From: Takakia lepidozioides | Taxonomy: Eukaryota; Plantae; Bryophyta | Reading direction: 5' to 3' | NCBI GenBank assembly: GCA_030704615.1 | Contig: CM060734.1 | Coordinates: forward strand, 8,370,001-8,434,000 | DNA: 64,000 bases | In this document: positions 40,120-52,814 of the stretch, piece by piece | Layout of the letters: every line of letters starts with the position of its first letter | Numbering within the stretch: position 1 is the stretch's first letter | The notes under the pieces: model-generated | Databases searched by the model: none | What the model saw: only the letters and a program-made list of their open reading frames with translations | Told to the model about the DNA's origin: nothing | Translations under genes and position numbers: made by a program

Positions 40120-41550
40120 CATTGCGTAAATGAGCTTCACGATGACCATCTATTTTTTTTTCCACTTCTTCTTGAATAACAAGCACCTGAACAAGTTTCA
40201 CAATGACAGCTCATTTGTTTTCCACGTCCTCTATACAAACAAACCCTAAATAAGCATTCATGATGACCATATTTTTTTTTTTCACCTCTTCTTCAATAAC
40301 AAAAACCTGAAGAAGTTTGACAATGATAGAGCTCAAGTTTTTTTTTCACCTCTTCTTCGCAAACAAACCCTAATTTATTCATGATGACATCTGATTTTTA
40401 TTCACCTCTTTTTCATTAACAGAAACCTGAACAAGATTGACAATGATAGAGCTCAATTTTTTCACCTCTTCTTCACAAACAAACCCTAAATAAGCATTCA
40501 TGATGACCATCTGGTTTTTTTTCACCTCTTTTTCAATAACAGAAACCTGAAGAAGTTTGACAATGGTAGAGCTCAAGTTTTTTTTTCACTTCTTCTTCAC
40601 AAACAATCCCTAATTTATTCCCTAAATAATGACCATTTGGTTTTTTTTTCACCTCTTCTTCAATAACAGAAACCTAAAGAAGTTTGGCAATGATAGAGCT
40701 CAACTTTTTTTTTCACCTCTTCTTCACAAACAAGCATTCATGATGACCATCGAATATTTTTTTCACCTCTTCTTCAATAACAGAAACCTTAACAAGTTTG
40801 AGAATGAGAGCTCAATTTTTTCACCTCTTCTTCACAAACAAACCCTAAATAAACATTCATAATGACCATCTGATTTCTTTTTTCACCTCTTCTTCAATAA
40901 CAGAAACCTGAACAAGTTTGACAATGATAGAGCTTAACTTTTTTTTTCACCTCTTCTTCACAAACAAACCCTATATAGCATTCATGATGACCATCTGATT
41001 TTTTTTTCACCTCTTCTTCAATAACAGAATCCTAAACAAGTTTCACAAGGATAACTCAATGTTTTTTTTTTACCTCTTCTTCACAAAGACACCCTAAATA
41101 AGCAATCACAATGACCATGTGTTTTTTTTTTCACCTCATCTTCAATAACACAAACCTGAACAAGTTCCACAATAAACCGCTCATTTTGTTACACATCTTC
41201 ACAAACAAAGCCTAAATAAGCTTGAAGATGACCATCTGCTTAATTTTCACCTCATCTATATTAACAAAAACCATTGTCTGTTTCACAATGAGGGGTCATA
41301 TTTTGGGGCCTGTTCTTGCCCATCCTCATTATTTTTAACCTCTCCTTCAATATTTCATCCATTCATCATCCATCCACCATGGATGAAATATTGGAAACGA
41401 CAGATAGCTTGACAATGAGCATCCAAACTTTTCTTGCCTCTTGTTCATGCAAGAATCCCTAAGTAAGATTCATGATGACTCACCCAGCCTTTTTTTTTCA
41501 CCTCTTCTTCAATAAGAAAACCTCAGTAAGTTTCACAATGACCATTCCAT
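40120..41550. repeat. Subterminal tandem array of element B: ~120-bp unit built from two ~60-bp subunits, about 10 copies
   Basis: Recurrent ATGACCAT..TTTTCACCTCTTCTTCAATAACAGAAACCTGAACAAGTTTGACAATGATAGAGCTCAA..TTCACCTCTTCTTCACAAACAAACCCTAAATAAGCATTC. Confidence 0.92.
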
Positions 41551-43149
41551 TCTTTCTATACCTCTTTTTTTAAGCGCTATAACTGCTTCCACGACAATAG
41601 GACCCTCTCTAAATAGACGACTCGGGTATGGGGCCTGCTTCTTCCTCCACTAAACCCCTGGGCTCACGCTTAGAGGGCAAAGCGTGAGCCGAGCTCCTGG
41701 GCTCACGCGGCTAGGCTTACGCCGTAGCTGCACTCAAGGAGGCGGAGGCGCTCACTGGTGGAGCCCCGCACACCGGGTTGCGATGAGGGTGGTTCCACGA
41801 AAGGTGGTGGTAGCTTAGTGAGTCTTAGTGAGGGTGGCATAGGACTCACCATGGGGCGGACACCTTGTGGTGGGAGTCGTGGGGAGTCTTGGGACTCATC
41901 ACGGTCCATTGGGGCCGTGGTGGGTGGGCCAAGACTCACCGCGACTCATCACCGGGAGTCAAGGGTCTTCGTGGTAGTTCGCCATAAAATGACGGTGTTG
42001 TTTGTGAGACCCCCGCGGACATTCACAGAAGTATATATAGGGAGTAGTAACCCCGAGAACGGTGCAAGCCCGTTGGTGACCAAAAACTAGTGAGTAAGCG
42101 TGCGAGCCGGAAAGCGACCAAGGTGTGGGGAGCTGTTCCGGACTGCCAACAACCAAAGGGAATTTCCACTAGGCCCAAAGTGAGCGAGGGTCTTGTGGAG
42201 GAGCAAAGGGGGACCGTTATGTCCCGGTGAGCAGCCGAAGCTCCGAGTTGGTCCGGTGGCCAGTTTGGGAGTTAGGCGCGCGCATCAAAGCGAGTAACTA
42301 TGACGTGATGGAGAGCTTACCGAAGTGAGATGCGCGATACTTGGTATCAGAGCTTAGAGTTCAGTACGCGATTGTCGCGGCCCTTTGCCTTGAGGGCAGG
42401 GGGTCGGGATACAAGAGGGGCTGCCCCTCTGGTGGGGGCAGTGGAAACAATAGGTATGGGGGCTGAAGCACCCTTGAGTGCCCAAGGCACTCAAGGAGGC
42501 AAAGGCACTCACTAGGTGGAGCCCCGCACATCGGGTTGCGGTGAGGGTGGTTCCACGAAAGGTGGTGGTAGCTTAGTGAGTCTTAGTGGGGTGGCATAGG
42601 ACTCACCATGGGGTGGACACCTTGTGGTGGGAGTCGTGGGGAGTCTTGGGACTCATCACGGTCCATTGGGGCCGTGGTGGGTGGGCCAAGACTCACCGCG
42701 ACTCATCACCGGGAGTCAAGGGTCTTCGTGGTGGTTCGCCATAAAAGGACGGTGTTGTTTGTGAAACCCCCGCGGATAGTCGCAGAAGTATATTAGGGAG
42801 TAGTAACCCCGAGAACGATGCAAGCCCGTTGGTGACCAAAAACTAGTGAGTAAGCGTGCGAGCCGGAAAGCGACCGAGGTGTGGGGAGCTGTTCCGGACT
42901 GCCAACAACCAAAGGGAATTTCCACTAGGCCCAAAGTGAGCGAGGGTCTTGTGGAGAGCAAAGGGGACCGTTATGTCCCGGTGAGCAGCCGAAGCTCCGA
43001 GTTGGTCCGGCGGCCAGTTTGGGAGTTAGGCGCGCACATCAAAGCGAGTAACTATGACTTGAAGGGGGGGCTTACCGAAGTGAGGTGCGCGACACTTGGT
43101 ATCAGAGCTTAGAGTTCAGTACGTGATCGTCCTTGAGATCGGCCTCACC

Positions 43150-45098
43150 ATGGGGTCGGACAAGACCAAGCGAAAGCGGAACGGCCCAAAAGACAATGAT
43201 CCTGGTGAGCCCGGTGAGGGCGACGTGTCACCGAAGCGGCAGGCGATTTATGCTTCTGAAAGCGAGGCCGCTTAAGAATGGGAGGAATTTGGGGAGTCGG
43301 AGCCCAAAGACTTTCCAAAGGCTCGGCCAGACCAACAGATGCCTCCCATGCCAGCAACCTTTTGGGAAGGGTTGTTGGCGCAGTTTGGCGGGACATTGAA
43401 AGTCGTGGTGAGGGCGGCTAATGCCACTTCCACTAAGGCAAAGTTTAAGGTAAAGCCTAAGGAACCCGACACCTTCGAGGGCGTCCAAAATCGGAAGGCA
43501 CTCAACACCTGGCTCTTGGAGCTGGAGCAATACTTACGAGCGGCCATGTTGAGTGACGAGGATCAGGTGGAAGTGGCTCCCACCTATTTGAGGGGCTATG
43601 CTCAACAATGGTGGTAGAAGCACCTTCATGACCAAGGTCCAAACCCCAGAACCTTGAGCTGGAGTGGTTTCAAGGAACTTATGAAAAGACAATTTGTGCC
43701 CTTCAACGCGTCCTGGCTCGCCCGAGACAAGATGAGGAATTTGAAGCAAACAGATGACATTCGAGGATATGTTCAGGCTTTCAATGTGCTGTTGCTCGAA
43801 GTCGCGGATATGGTGGAACCAGAAATGGTCTTCAACTTTGTGGCGAGACTGGCCCGATGGGCTTAGTCGGAAGTTGGAGGAGAAGCCACCTACGACTTTG
43901 AACGAGGCAATTGAAAGGGCTGAATGTTTCTCGGATGTCCCTAGGGGCGAAAGACAAGGCCGTATGGAGCTGAACCACAAGAAGGCCCGACGGGAGGGTG
44001 ACTCCTTCCGACCGGAAAAAAAGTGGGATAGGCCACGCGACGACAATAACACATGGAAATCAAAGGGAGGACCTTCACACGTCAAAGCGACACTCGGTGC
44101 TCCGATAGAAAAATCAGGTGCGGCGGCTTATGGCGGACAAAAGACGACCTTCGATGGAGTGTGCTTTAATTGCAGGGAGCCCGGGCACATGGCCAAGAAG
44201 TGCGCGAAACCCTGACAATTGAACATGACTCGGGCGACCACGGAGCTGTCCAAAGATTCCTTCAACCGCTTGGTGGAGGCGGTAGTCGCCAAGACTTGCA
44301 AGGTAGGCAACTACTCTTGTGAGTTGTATCATGACCCCTTGCGTAAAGGGAGTCAGTTAATGTTCGTGAGTGGGATAATTTTTGGAACTAACGTGTCGTT
44401 GTTGGTGGACACAGGAGCGTCGCACTTCTTCATGACACCTGCAACGGCACGGAAGCTGGGGCTCCCGACAAGTGATGTGGGGGTTTCTTGAAGTGCGTTC
44501 TGCCAAAGGAGACCACAATTGGCGACGAGGTTGGCGTTCGATGTCCCTCTTCAGCTCGGGAGTTGGGAGGGACGTGAGAACTTTACCATTTGCGAGATCG
44601 ATGGAGTGGATCTCATTTTGGGAATGACCTTTTTGAGCAAATCCGGAGCGGTCATAGATGGCCGCAAGAGAATAGTCACGCTATCGTGTGGGAATGGTGG
44701 TGAAGTTTTACGGGTGTCGGAAATGCCCAACTGAGTGGGAGGACGAATAAACCTGCTGACAGCAAATGAGTGGGCAGTGGAGGAGCCACACAAGCCCCAG
44801 TTTTTACCTTACGTAAGACAAGTGGAAGGAGAAGTCGATAGGGAGCCTAGCCAATTGGATCAAGGGGATCCTGGAGAAATACCAGGATGTGATGCCGAAG
44901 GATTTACCAAGCGGCTTGCCACCGCGAAGAGGAGTTGACCACAAGATAGAGGTGATACCGGGATCGGAACCGCCTGCCAAGGCGCCCTACCGGTTGAGCC
45001 ACAGAGAGTTGGTCGAGCTGAAGGCCCAACTCAAAGATCTAATGTCAAAGGGGTACATCCGGCCGAGTAAGTCACCTTACGGAGCCCCAGTGCTATTC
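43150..45098 (+). pseudogene. Ty3/gypsy gag - zinc knuckle - aspartic protease - start of RT
   Basis: KEPDTFEG, CFNCREPGHMAKKC, LLVDTGASH, DLILGMTFL, GLPPRRGVDHKIEVIPG and [14 protein letters not shown]; stops present. Confidence 0.92.
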
Positions 45099-46782
45099 CT
45101 CATCTTGAGCCTCGTCCCCATTTTCTTCCAAAGTGCTCTCCAAAATTTACTTGTAAACTTTGGATCGCGGTCCGAGACAATATTCTTCGGGAATCCATGA
45201 TGCTTGAAGACGTGGGCGAAGTAAAGTCGTCCCATCTCCTACACCGTTGTCGTCTTCTTGGTGGGAATGAAATGGCCCATTTTACTGAACCTATCCACCA
45301 CCACCATGATTGCATCGAATCTTCTTGACAGCAGCACAGAAGTCATGAAATCCATCAAGACACTTTCCCCACCCCCTCTGAGATCGGCAAGGGTTGTAAC
45401 AGCCCCACTTACTTTTTGTATTCGCTCCGATTTTGTTGGCATGTGGTGCATGTCTTGACATACTCCTCGGCCTCCTCCCTCAGTTTGGGCCAGAAATACT
45501 CTTTCTTCAAAAGTGCCGCGGTGCGCTTGGCTCCGCCATGGCCCGCAAGCGGGCCATCATGACATTCTCTCAAGAGACTATCTCTGATCCCTTCCTTCGG
45601 CACGTAAAGACGTTTTTGCTTGTACCGGAGCAGTCCAAGTGGAACTACGATTTAACCCCCAACCTCAAGTCCCGCATCGCGGACTTCGCCATCTCATCCT
45701 TCTGGTAAGCCTTCCGGATCTTCCTTTGGAGCACCGTCTCGCCCCTATACACCAACATGAGCTGCTACTTTCTACTTAAAGCATCGGCCACCACATTGTC
45801 CCGTCCCGGTTTGTACTGGATATCCACATTGAACATTGTCAAAGTGTCTTGCCACCTAAGTTGTTTTGGGGACAACTTAGGCTGTGTGGCAAAATACTTC
45901 ACTGTGACATTGTCCGTGAACACCTTCACCGGGTTGGAACCAACATAGTGGCGCCAAAGCTCAAGGCAATGCACCACCGCCTTCATTTTTTTCTCGTGCG
46001 TAGGCCACCGTCGCTCTTCTTCATTCAATTTCTTACTTTCGTAAGTCACTGGACGTCCATCTTGCATGAGCACACCCCCAATTGCGAAGTCCGACGCATC
46101 TGTATGAATCTCAAATGGACAATCGAACTCCGGGATTTTCAGGACTGGAGCTTCCGCCATCCCCTACTTCAACTCGGCAAAAGCTTGGCCACAAAAGGTA
46201 TTCCATACCCATACCTTGGACTTACACATAAGGTTTGACAGCGGCCCCGCGATCTTGGCGAAACTTCTCACATACTTTCGGTAATAGGAGGCAAGTCCTA
46301 GGAGGGATCGCACTCCTAGGACCGAAGTCGGAGGCTCCCAGTCCAAGATCGCCCTCACCTTTCTGTCATCCATTTTGATCCCATCCTGTGTAATCACATG
46401 CCCTATGAACTCCACTTTTGTGACCCCGAATTCACACTTGGAAGCTTTGGCATACAGCTTCCTTTCCCGCAATTTCTGGAACACCCTTTTGAGGTGTTCC
46501 AAGTGCTCTTCCTTTGTTTTCGAGTACACCAAGATGTCGTTGATGTACACGATCACAAAGTCATCCAACCACTCCTGGAAAAGGCTGTTCATTAGCATGC
46601 TAAAGGTCGCGGGTGCGTTGGTGAGCCCAAAAGGCATCACCAAGAACTCATATGAACCATATCTTGTCTTGCATGCGATCTTCTCCTCATCTCCTTCCGC
46701 CACTCGGATTTGATGGTAACCAGGAGCGCAAATCGATCCGGCTGAAATACTTTGCTCCTGTCAACCGATCGAAGAGGTCGTC
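45099..46782 (-). pseudogene. Inverted Ty3/gypsy RT - RNase H - integrase segment
   Basis: MPFGLTNAPATF, VYINDILVYS, TDASDFAIGGVL, NVVADALSR, HDGPLAGHGG..CTTCQ and VVVDRFSKM. Confidence 0.93.
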
Positions 46783-48667
46783 GAGTAACTATGACGTGAT
46801 GGGGAGCTTACTGAAGTGAGGTGCGCGACAACCGTGGCCGCGTGATATCGTGGTTCACGGCCCACGGCTGCTACACTACCCACTACTGCTCCTCGTGGTA
46901 GTGTGTCTCGTCCTCTGCTGCTGCTAAGTACTGAGCACTTAGCCCTTTTTGCCTCGTGGCCGGGTAGTGTGAAGTCGATCACTACCCGCCATTGTCCCGT
47001 CGTGGCTCAAGTTGCCCTGCCTTTAGCCGTTACCACACCTTGATTCGAGGGGAAAGAGACCTCCATCTACATAATGTAAAGATGATCAATCGTATGAATA
47101 TGGCACAGTGCCTTGACAATGACACAAATGAGGTTTAAGGAATGAGAGGTCCATCTTGTGCAACACGCCCCTAGACGGAATCCCAAAATTCCATCACAAT
47201 AGTATCTAACCGTATGCTATTAGATGCAGCCAAGCAAAAGAGGAAGAATGGCTCCAATATTTGATCGAGACCGACTTGGTTGCAAAGATGCATAAACCCC
47301 ATAGATGCAGGCAGGGATCGTCATCGCTTGCACACCACCCCAGCATGGTACCTGGCACATCTTCATCTTCCGGAGATGAAAAGAAGAACAAACCCAAGCC
47401 CAAGCGAAATGCAAGAGCTCGCTACACACGCAGTAAAGGGAAGGCTAAGTAATGGCAAGTAATTTTCCGGTCCTCACTTTGGAAGTGCGCAAGTGGCAAG
47501 TCAAGGATATGCCATGATAGACATTATTCTATTGTCTTCCAATAATAACACGGATTGCCCTGGGAGGTTCTCCAGATTGTTCTCGCCAGATTGTATTCTC
47601 GCCTTTTTCCTCATATTTTTAATTTGATTAACAGGGCTTCTATCCCCATTGGTTTTAAGAAAAAAAAACACAGAATATGCAATTCCATAAATGTTTTACG
47701 GAGCAGCAGGACCTGTGCAATCTGAGGTGACGTTCATTTAGGGCAGGTATTATCTGGGAAAGGTGTAACAGGGAGTTGATATTTTTTTGACACTAATGGG
47801 TAGTCTCCTCTTTAGGGAGGAGCCAATAAACATAAATATATGGTATTCATATATATATGTAGTGTTTCTTCTATAATTTGCCATAGACTCTCTAAAAACA
47901 AATATGGCTCAACCTGTTTTGCCATACACTTTTGAGAGTATATGGGAGAGCCTTAGGGTGTGTGAGGCCGATGGGCGCCAATGGGTGCAGGAGGGCGCTG
48001 ACTTAGGCGCCAGCCTGGCGTAGAGGACGTGGCGCAGCGGGCAGGTGGGAGGCGGGCCAGCCCCGCCACACTCCCGTCAGTGTCTCTGGGGACATAGTGC
48101 CGAGGCCCGCCCCAGGCTGCAGTCGGTGGGGCCCACCACCTCCAGCCGCTTCTTGGGCTGCAGCGAACTGCTTATGTGCCCAGCACATCCTACTTTTCTC
48201 TGCTTTCATTTTTAACCAGTGCAGACAGATCGAGGGAAGAAGTCGCACAAACAGCGCAGTGTCAAAGACAGGGAAAAGCCGAAAACTTGGAGACAGCGCC
48301 AAAAAGTTGCTGGGGAAGTGTCGAGCGTAGTGTCGTGTGGATCTTAATAGATCTTAGAAGGAAGCGATGGGAGGTTCAACGCTCAGATATTTTCGGGATC
48401 TAGATTTTCGGAGTCTGGTATGACGCGTCAGATGAGTGTTTAAGGCAGGAGAATAGACAGGAGCATGTATTCCAGAGTCCCCTTCCCATTCTTTTTTGGG
48501 CTTCTGCACGGCAGGGCGACCAATTTTAAACTCTCCGACGAACAGGAAGAAACCGAATTTTCTTGGGTAGAGATTGTCTCAATCAAATTTGTGGCAATTC
48601 ATTACGGTCCAGTTCTGTAAACTTTTAATCTCTCTCTACCAGCAAGAATGTTGTAGGGTAAGGAGTG

Positions 48668-50749
48668 ATGAAGGGCGTCTGGGCTATGGGGCCACAAAAG
48701 AGGAATGGATTGACCATCTGCGGTGGGCAGCGATTGCTCATTCTATTAGGGCTGCAGCTGGTAGTACTCCTCTTCCTCTTCGGACCATTGCTGGCAACAG
48801 AGGAATTTTATGTGTGGTGGGATCGTAGCATAGTGTTTCCAGGGGACCAGCCGGAAAGTCATGGAAAGCCTGCGTCTAAATATCAAAGATTCCCTGTGGG
48901 AGGTGCGCCACCGCCGGTCAAAGAGAGCAAGAGTGTTGATTTGGAGTTGCTTAGAAAAAGGGGCATTAGTCTACCCCCACAGAATGAATTGTCTAAGAAC
49001 TTGATGGAGCAGAATTTGCAACCACCCCGCAACCAGGATTTGTATCCGGTACTCGCCCAAGACCATGTCAAAGTGGTGCTCTACGTCCACAATCGGCCAG
49101 AGTATTTGCGACTAGTGGTAGGAGGGCTCTCAGAAGTGCACGGCATTGAGGAGACGCTCTTGATTGTCAGCCACGACGGTTTTTTTGAAGAGATGAACTC
49201 AATTATAGAGGGCATCCGATTCTGCCAGGTTTGCTTTCTGCTTTCTGTTCTGAGATAAAATGGCTTGTGGGACACACAATGTAAACGAAAAAGGGAATTA
49301 GGTGGGACATGATAGAAGACTAATCTAAACTAGGTCAATGTACTTCAACAGAGCTCACCTTTATTGCCATTCATATCCGTCATGTGGTCAGCGAGCTACT
49401 TACTGATATTGAGGGTGTCTAATCGTAGTAATTACACTTGGTCAAGGAATGGGGAATGATGGGATAGGTTATCTGCATCATCATATAAGCGCCACTGCTT
49501 GGAAGTGATAGGGCTCCTTCATTGCCAGGTTCCTGCTTGACAAATGTGAAAGCAAATGGTAGTTTCTATCTCCATTGTTTCAAACATCCAGATAGGATTG
49601 CCGTCCTCATGGAGTCAATGCCAGCCCCAGTTTCTATAGTGGGCAGAGGCACTATGTCATGGCCTCTGTACAAAGAGATTTGAGGGCTCTCTTTCTGTCT
49701 GCCAGTTTTCTGCTTTCTTTTTCCTCTTTGTTTTGGGTGAGGGAAGTGAGAGACACTGCAAAAAAACCTTAGAGTAGCCGCTCTGTCTCTCAAGTTCCTT
49801 GCACCTGGCAGCTCAGAACAGATGTTGAACCAGTGGTACTTCTCAGTGAGGAGGCTGTGCAGAGATTTTGATGTACTTTAATGCTTCCAGCAGCTGGCTA
49901 GTCACATAAGAAATCATTTGGCAGGTGAAGCAACTGTACGCCCCTTGGTCGCCCCATTTGTTCCCAAATTCTTTCCCCGGAGTCACGCCAGGGGATTGCA
50001 AGGAGAAGGAGAAGGCGGAGGAGTTGGGGTGTAGAGGGAATCCGGATCAGTATGGTAACCATCGGGGTGTCCGGATTGTGTCTCTCAAGCACCATTGGTG
50101 GTGGATGATGAACACTGTGTGGGATGGTTTGGCAGAGACAAAAGGCTTTGATGGCTACATTATGTTCATAGAAGAGGACCACTATCTCTTGCCCAATGCT
50201 TACCGAAACATTCAGACCCTCACTAGAAGCAAAGGTGAGAAGTGCCCATACTGTATTGCTGCAAATATTGCACCGGAGAACATACATTCAAGGGGTGAGC
50301 ATGTCACAGTTTTAGTTGCTGAAAAGGTTGGGAACATGGGGTACACATTTAATCACTCTGTGTGGAAACGAATTCACAGCCAAGCACGTTCTTTCTGTAC
50401 TTACGACGATTATAACTGGGATATCACAATGTGGGCCACCATCTATCCCACCTTCGGAAGTGCTTTGTTTACACTGCGGGGACCTCGCACCAGCGCTATA
50501 CACATTGGGAAATGTGGACTCCATCAAGGGTATAGGAAGGGTCTTGACAAGCCAGCATGTGAAGATAATGGGCTGAGGCCACCGGCAGTGGATGACCAAG
50601 ACAGGGTGCCTAATATCAATCCCAACTGGAAACTCTACAAGTACAATATCAAAGGGTATGCCTTTGGCTTCCAAGGGTGGGGTGGGTGGGGCGATCAGCG
50701 GGACCAGCAACTCTGCCTCAATTTTTCCTCCATGTATGGTGACTGGTAG
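48668..50749 (+). CDS. GNT2: Alpha-1,6-mannosyl-glycoprotein 2-beta-N-acetylglucosaminyltransferase (GnT-II, GT16), 2 exons (48668-49228, 49925-50749), 461 aa
   Basis: N-terminal TM anchor; YVHNRPEYL, LIVSHDG, IRFCQ|VKQ, KHHWWW, FIEEDHY, FCTYDDYNWD, HIGKCGLH and GWGGWGD.RD; phase-0 GT-AG intron. Confidence 0.96.
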
Positions 50750-51904
50750 CCACTGAGGACTGCAGTTGAGCCAAAGATGTTGGTCCTAGCTATAGAGTGC
50801 AAAGAGAGGGCAAGGGGAAGTCTCTATCTTGCGGGGTGACAGGTCACGGGCCCCTTCTATAGATTCTGTTATTATGCTGGAAACTGCAGTGTTAGTGTTT
50901 TCCCTTCAGAATCACAGCGAGCTTGGAGAATGGCCTGCTGCTGACAACCACCCACGCTGAGAAAAGAGTTTTAGAAGCATTGCATATTCTGAATCAGAAG
51001 GCAGAGTGCTTGGTAATTCGGTGACAAGGTGTAAATGGTAAAATGGTCGTCAACCAGGTGGCAGTCAACTCTGGAGATACTAGTTGAGTTGGCTGTTGAT
51101 GACAGCCCTGTGTTGTTTGTCAATGTGAATGGTCAAAATTTGAGGCTGTCAGGGAGTTACTTCCTGTTAGGAACGGGAAAAGGTGTTGCGAGATGGATCA
51201 GTAAGGAGTGGAAGATATCAGAAATGGCAGTTTCGTAAGTAGGTCTTTAGGATATATTATGTCCTGTTGTTAGTATGTCCATATTTTCCTCTCCTGAGAA
51301 CTGAGGAAGGAGGCTCGACTGACACTAGCCGGCAGTCACTGGAAAGGTATGTCACTGTGGGGCCCAAATATGCATGAGCTGCGCAGGTTGCTCTATTCTG
51401 CAAATGTCAGAGATTTCCCCTATGCTGAGTACCTTGAGCTGAAGTTAGATTGTGAACGTCATAGTTGTAATTTGTTGGAAAATATATCCATGCAAGTGCA
51501 GAGTAAACTCCAGACTTACATTGGAAAGGTGGCCAAAGTAAAGTGTGAGTGTATCAGCATCAAGCATAGCACTGGCTAGCTGCTACTTCATCAGCTCCTG
51601 ACAGTGGATTAGGGGAGAGCTAAGAAATATGGGTTATCCTGTTTGTGCTCTCTTAGATTTTGGCCAAAGGGGTATCCACAGGGGAGGTACTCATTGCTTC
51701 TGTTAGCATCAAAACTGCAGTCATGAGTGAGGAGTGGTGGATGTCAAATGGTAGGTCCTATGGAACCTCCTTTGCTGAGGGTGTACTTTTGCTTCTGAGA
51801 TTTCACAGGCTTTGCATTAAGAATTTGGTCTCCACTGTGAATTTGGTCTCCACTTAATGTACTCCATGTGAAGATGAAGTTCAATTTATGGGTTGGAGTG
51901 TGTA

Positions 51905-52814
51905 CCGTACTTACCTAGCTTATCTTCCGCCTAATAATTAATAAAAATGGAATATTATTAGGCAGATTCGATTTTATTATTTAGGCACCTCACCTAGGTA
52001 ATTTCCAAACATTAGGCATGTATTGCAGTCGACCCTGGATAAATGTTACCTGCTTTTTTGTTATGTCACCCTTAATGTTATGAAATCTTTGCTATGTAAT
52101 TTTTTTTTATAAAAAAAAGCACTTGAAAATGGCAAGATTAGAGCCTTATTTGATATGTGTTATGAAAATATGGCTCTCCTCTTTGTTAGCACACCTCCAA
52201 AGTTTGTTAGATCTTATGCTGAGCCTTAAAAATAGTTGGTTCGAGAAAACATTCATCCACTCTTATCAAGGATCTACTGTTCTTATCCAAAGGCACCTCG
52301 TCCATAACAAAATAACATAATGAACAATTGTTTTTGACCTTCCTCAAAAACTATTGTTGAGGTAATTTTCTTTTAAGAAAAACATAAGGGTTTTGAAAAT
52401 AGATATTACCTCAACAATTATTTTTGACCTCCCTCAAAAACTATTATTGAGGTAATTTTTTTTTAATGTGATGTTCCTGACCTTAACATTCTCTCAGATT
52501 CAGAAGATTCACATGAGATAGGTGATGAGACTTATGAGGATGTAGTTGCATCAATGCAGGGCCCTTTGGAAGTTGTGTGGACATGAAATTTTAAATTGTA
52601 GGCATTTTTGCCAGTTTTTGGGACTTCAAATAATACAATTTAGGCATTTTTTCCACATATTTGGACATTTTGGTATTTTTTCACAATTTTCGAGCTATTA
52701 GGCACTTCTCAGGAATTTTTTCCAAGTTTTAGGCACATTTTCCAAAAATGTTCTAAATTTAATTAGGCACTTGCGTTTGAATTAATTATTGCCTAATAAG
52801 CTAGGTAAGTAAGG
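51905..52814. mobile_element. Tc1/mariner-type MITE
   Basis: 19-bp TIRs CCGTACTTACCTAGCTTAT / ATAAGCTAGGTAAGTAAGG (1 mismatch) flanked by TA on both sides; AT-rich interior. Confidence 0.8.

Larger units (their letters stand above)
37239..41733 (-). mobile_element. Unclassified TIR DNA transposon, copy B (internally deleted), inserted in a gypsy LTR
   Basis: 39-bp TIRs match at 31/39 (GGGATGCTAGAGTGTGAGCCTAGCCACGTGAGCCCAGGAGC). Duplicated target TCAAGG[G/A]GGCGGA at 37226-37238 and 41734-41746 (extends to 19 bp if the termini are drawn differently); uninterrupted LTR copies carry it only once. Confidence 0.85.
37109..46830 (+). mobile_element. Nested and rearranged chromovirus-like Ty3/gypsy complex with 5-bp TSD ACCGT
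   Basis: ACCGT at 37104-37108 and 46831-46835. Outer 5' LTR 37109-42339 (interrupted by element B), PBS 42342-42353, inner LTR 42373-43094, PBS 43097-43108, and 3' LTR tail 46783-46830. Confidence 0.92.
36428..47035 (-). mobile_element. Tat/Ogre-like gypsy 5' LTR (47035-46836 plus 37108-36478) with PBS, split by a chromovirus insertion
   Basis: Both halves are homologous to the solo LTR at 58857-59710. On the minus strand TGGTAACGG...GGTTAACA is followed by TGGCGACCATACTGGGG (36475-36459), a tRNA-Arg-like PBS. Confidence 0.75.

Noticed and set aside
47868-47874. TAGTG as the possible right end of the CACTA
   Set aside because: No complementarity to CACTAGAAGAAAAA beyond the core, no GGA TSD, and gag does not resume.
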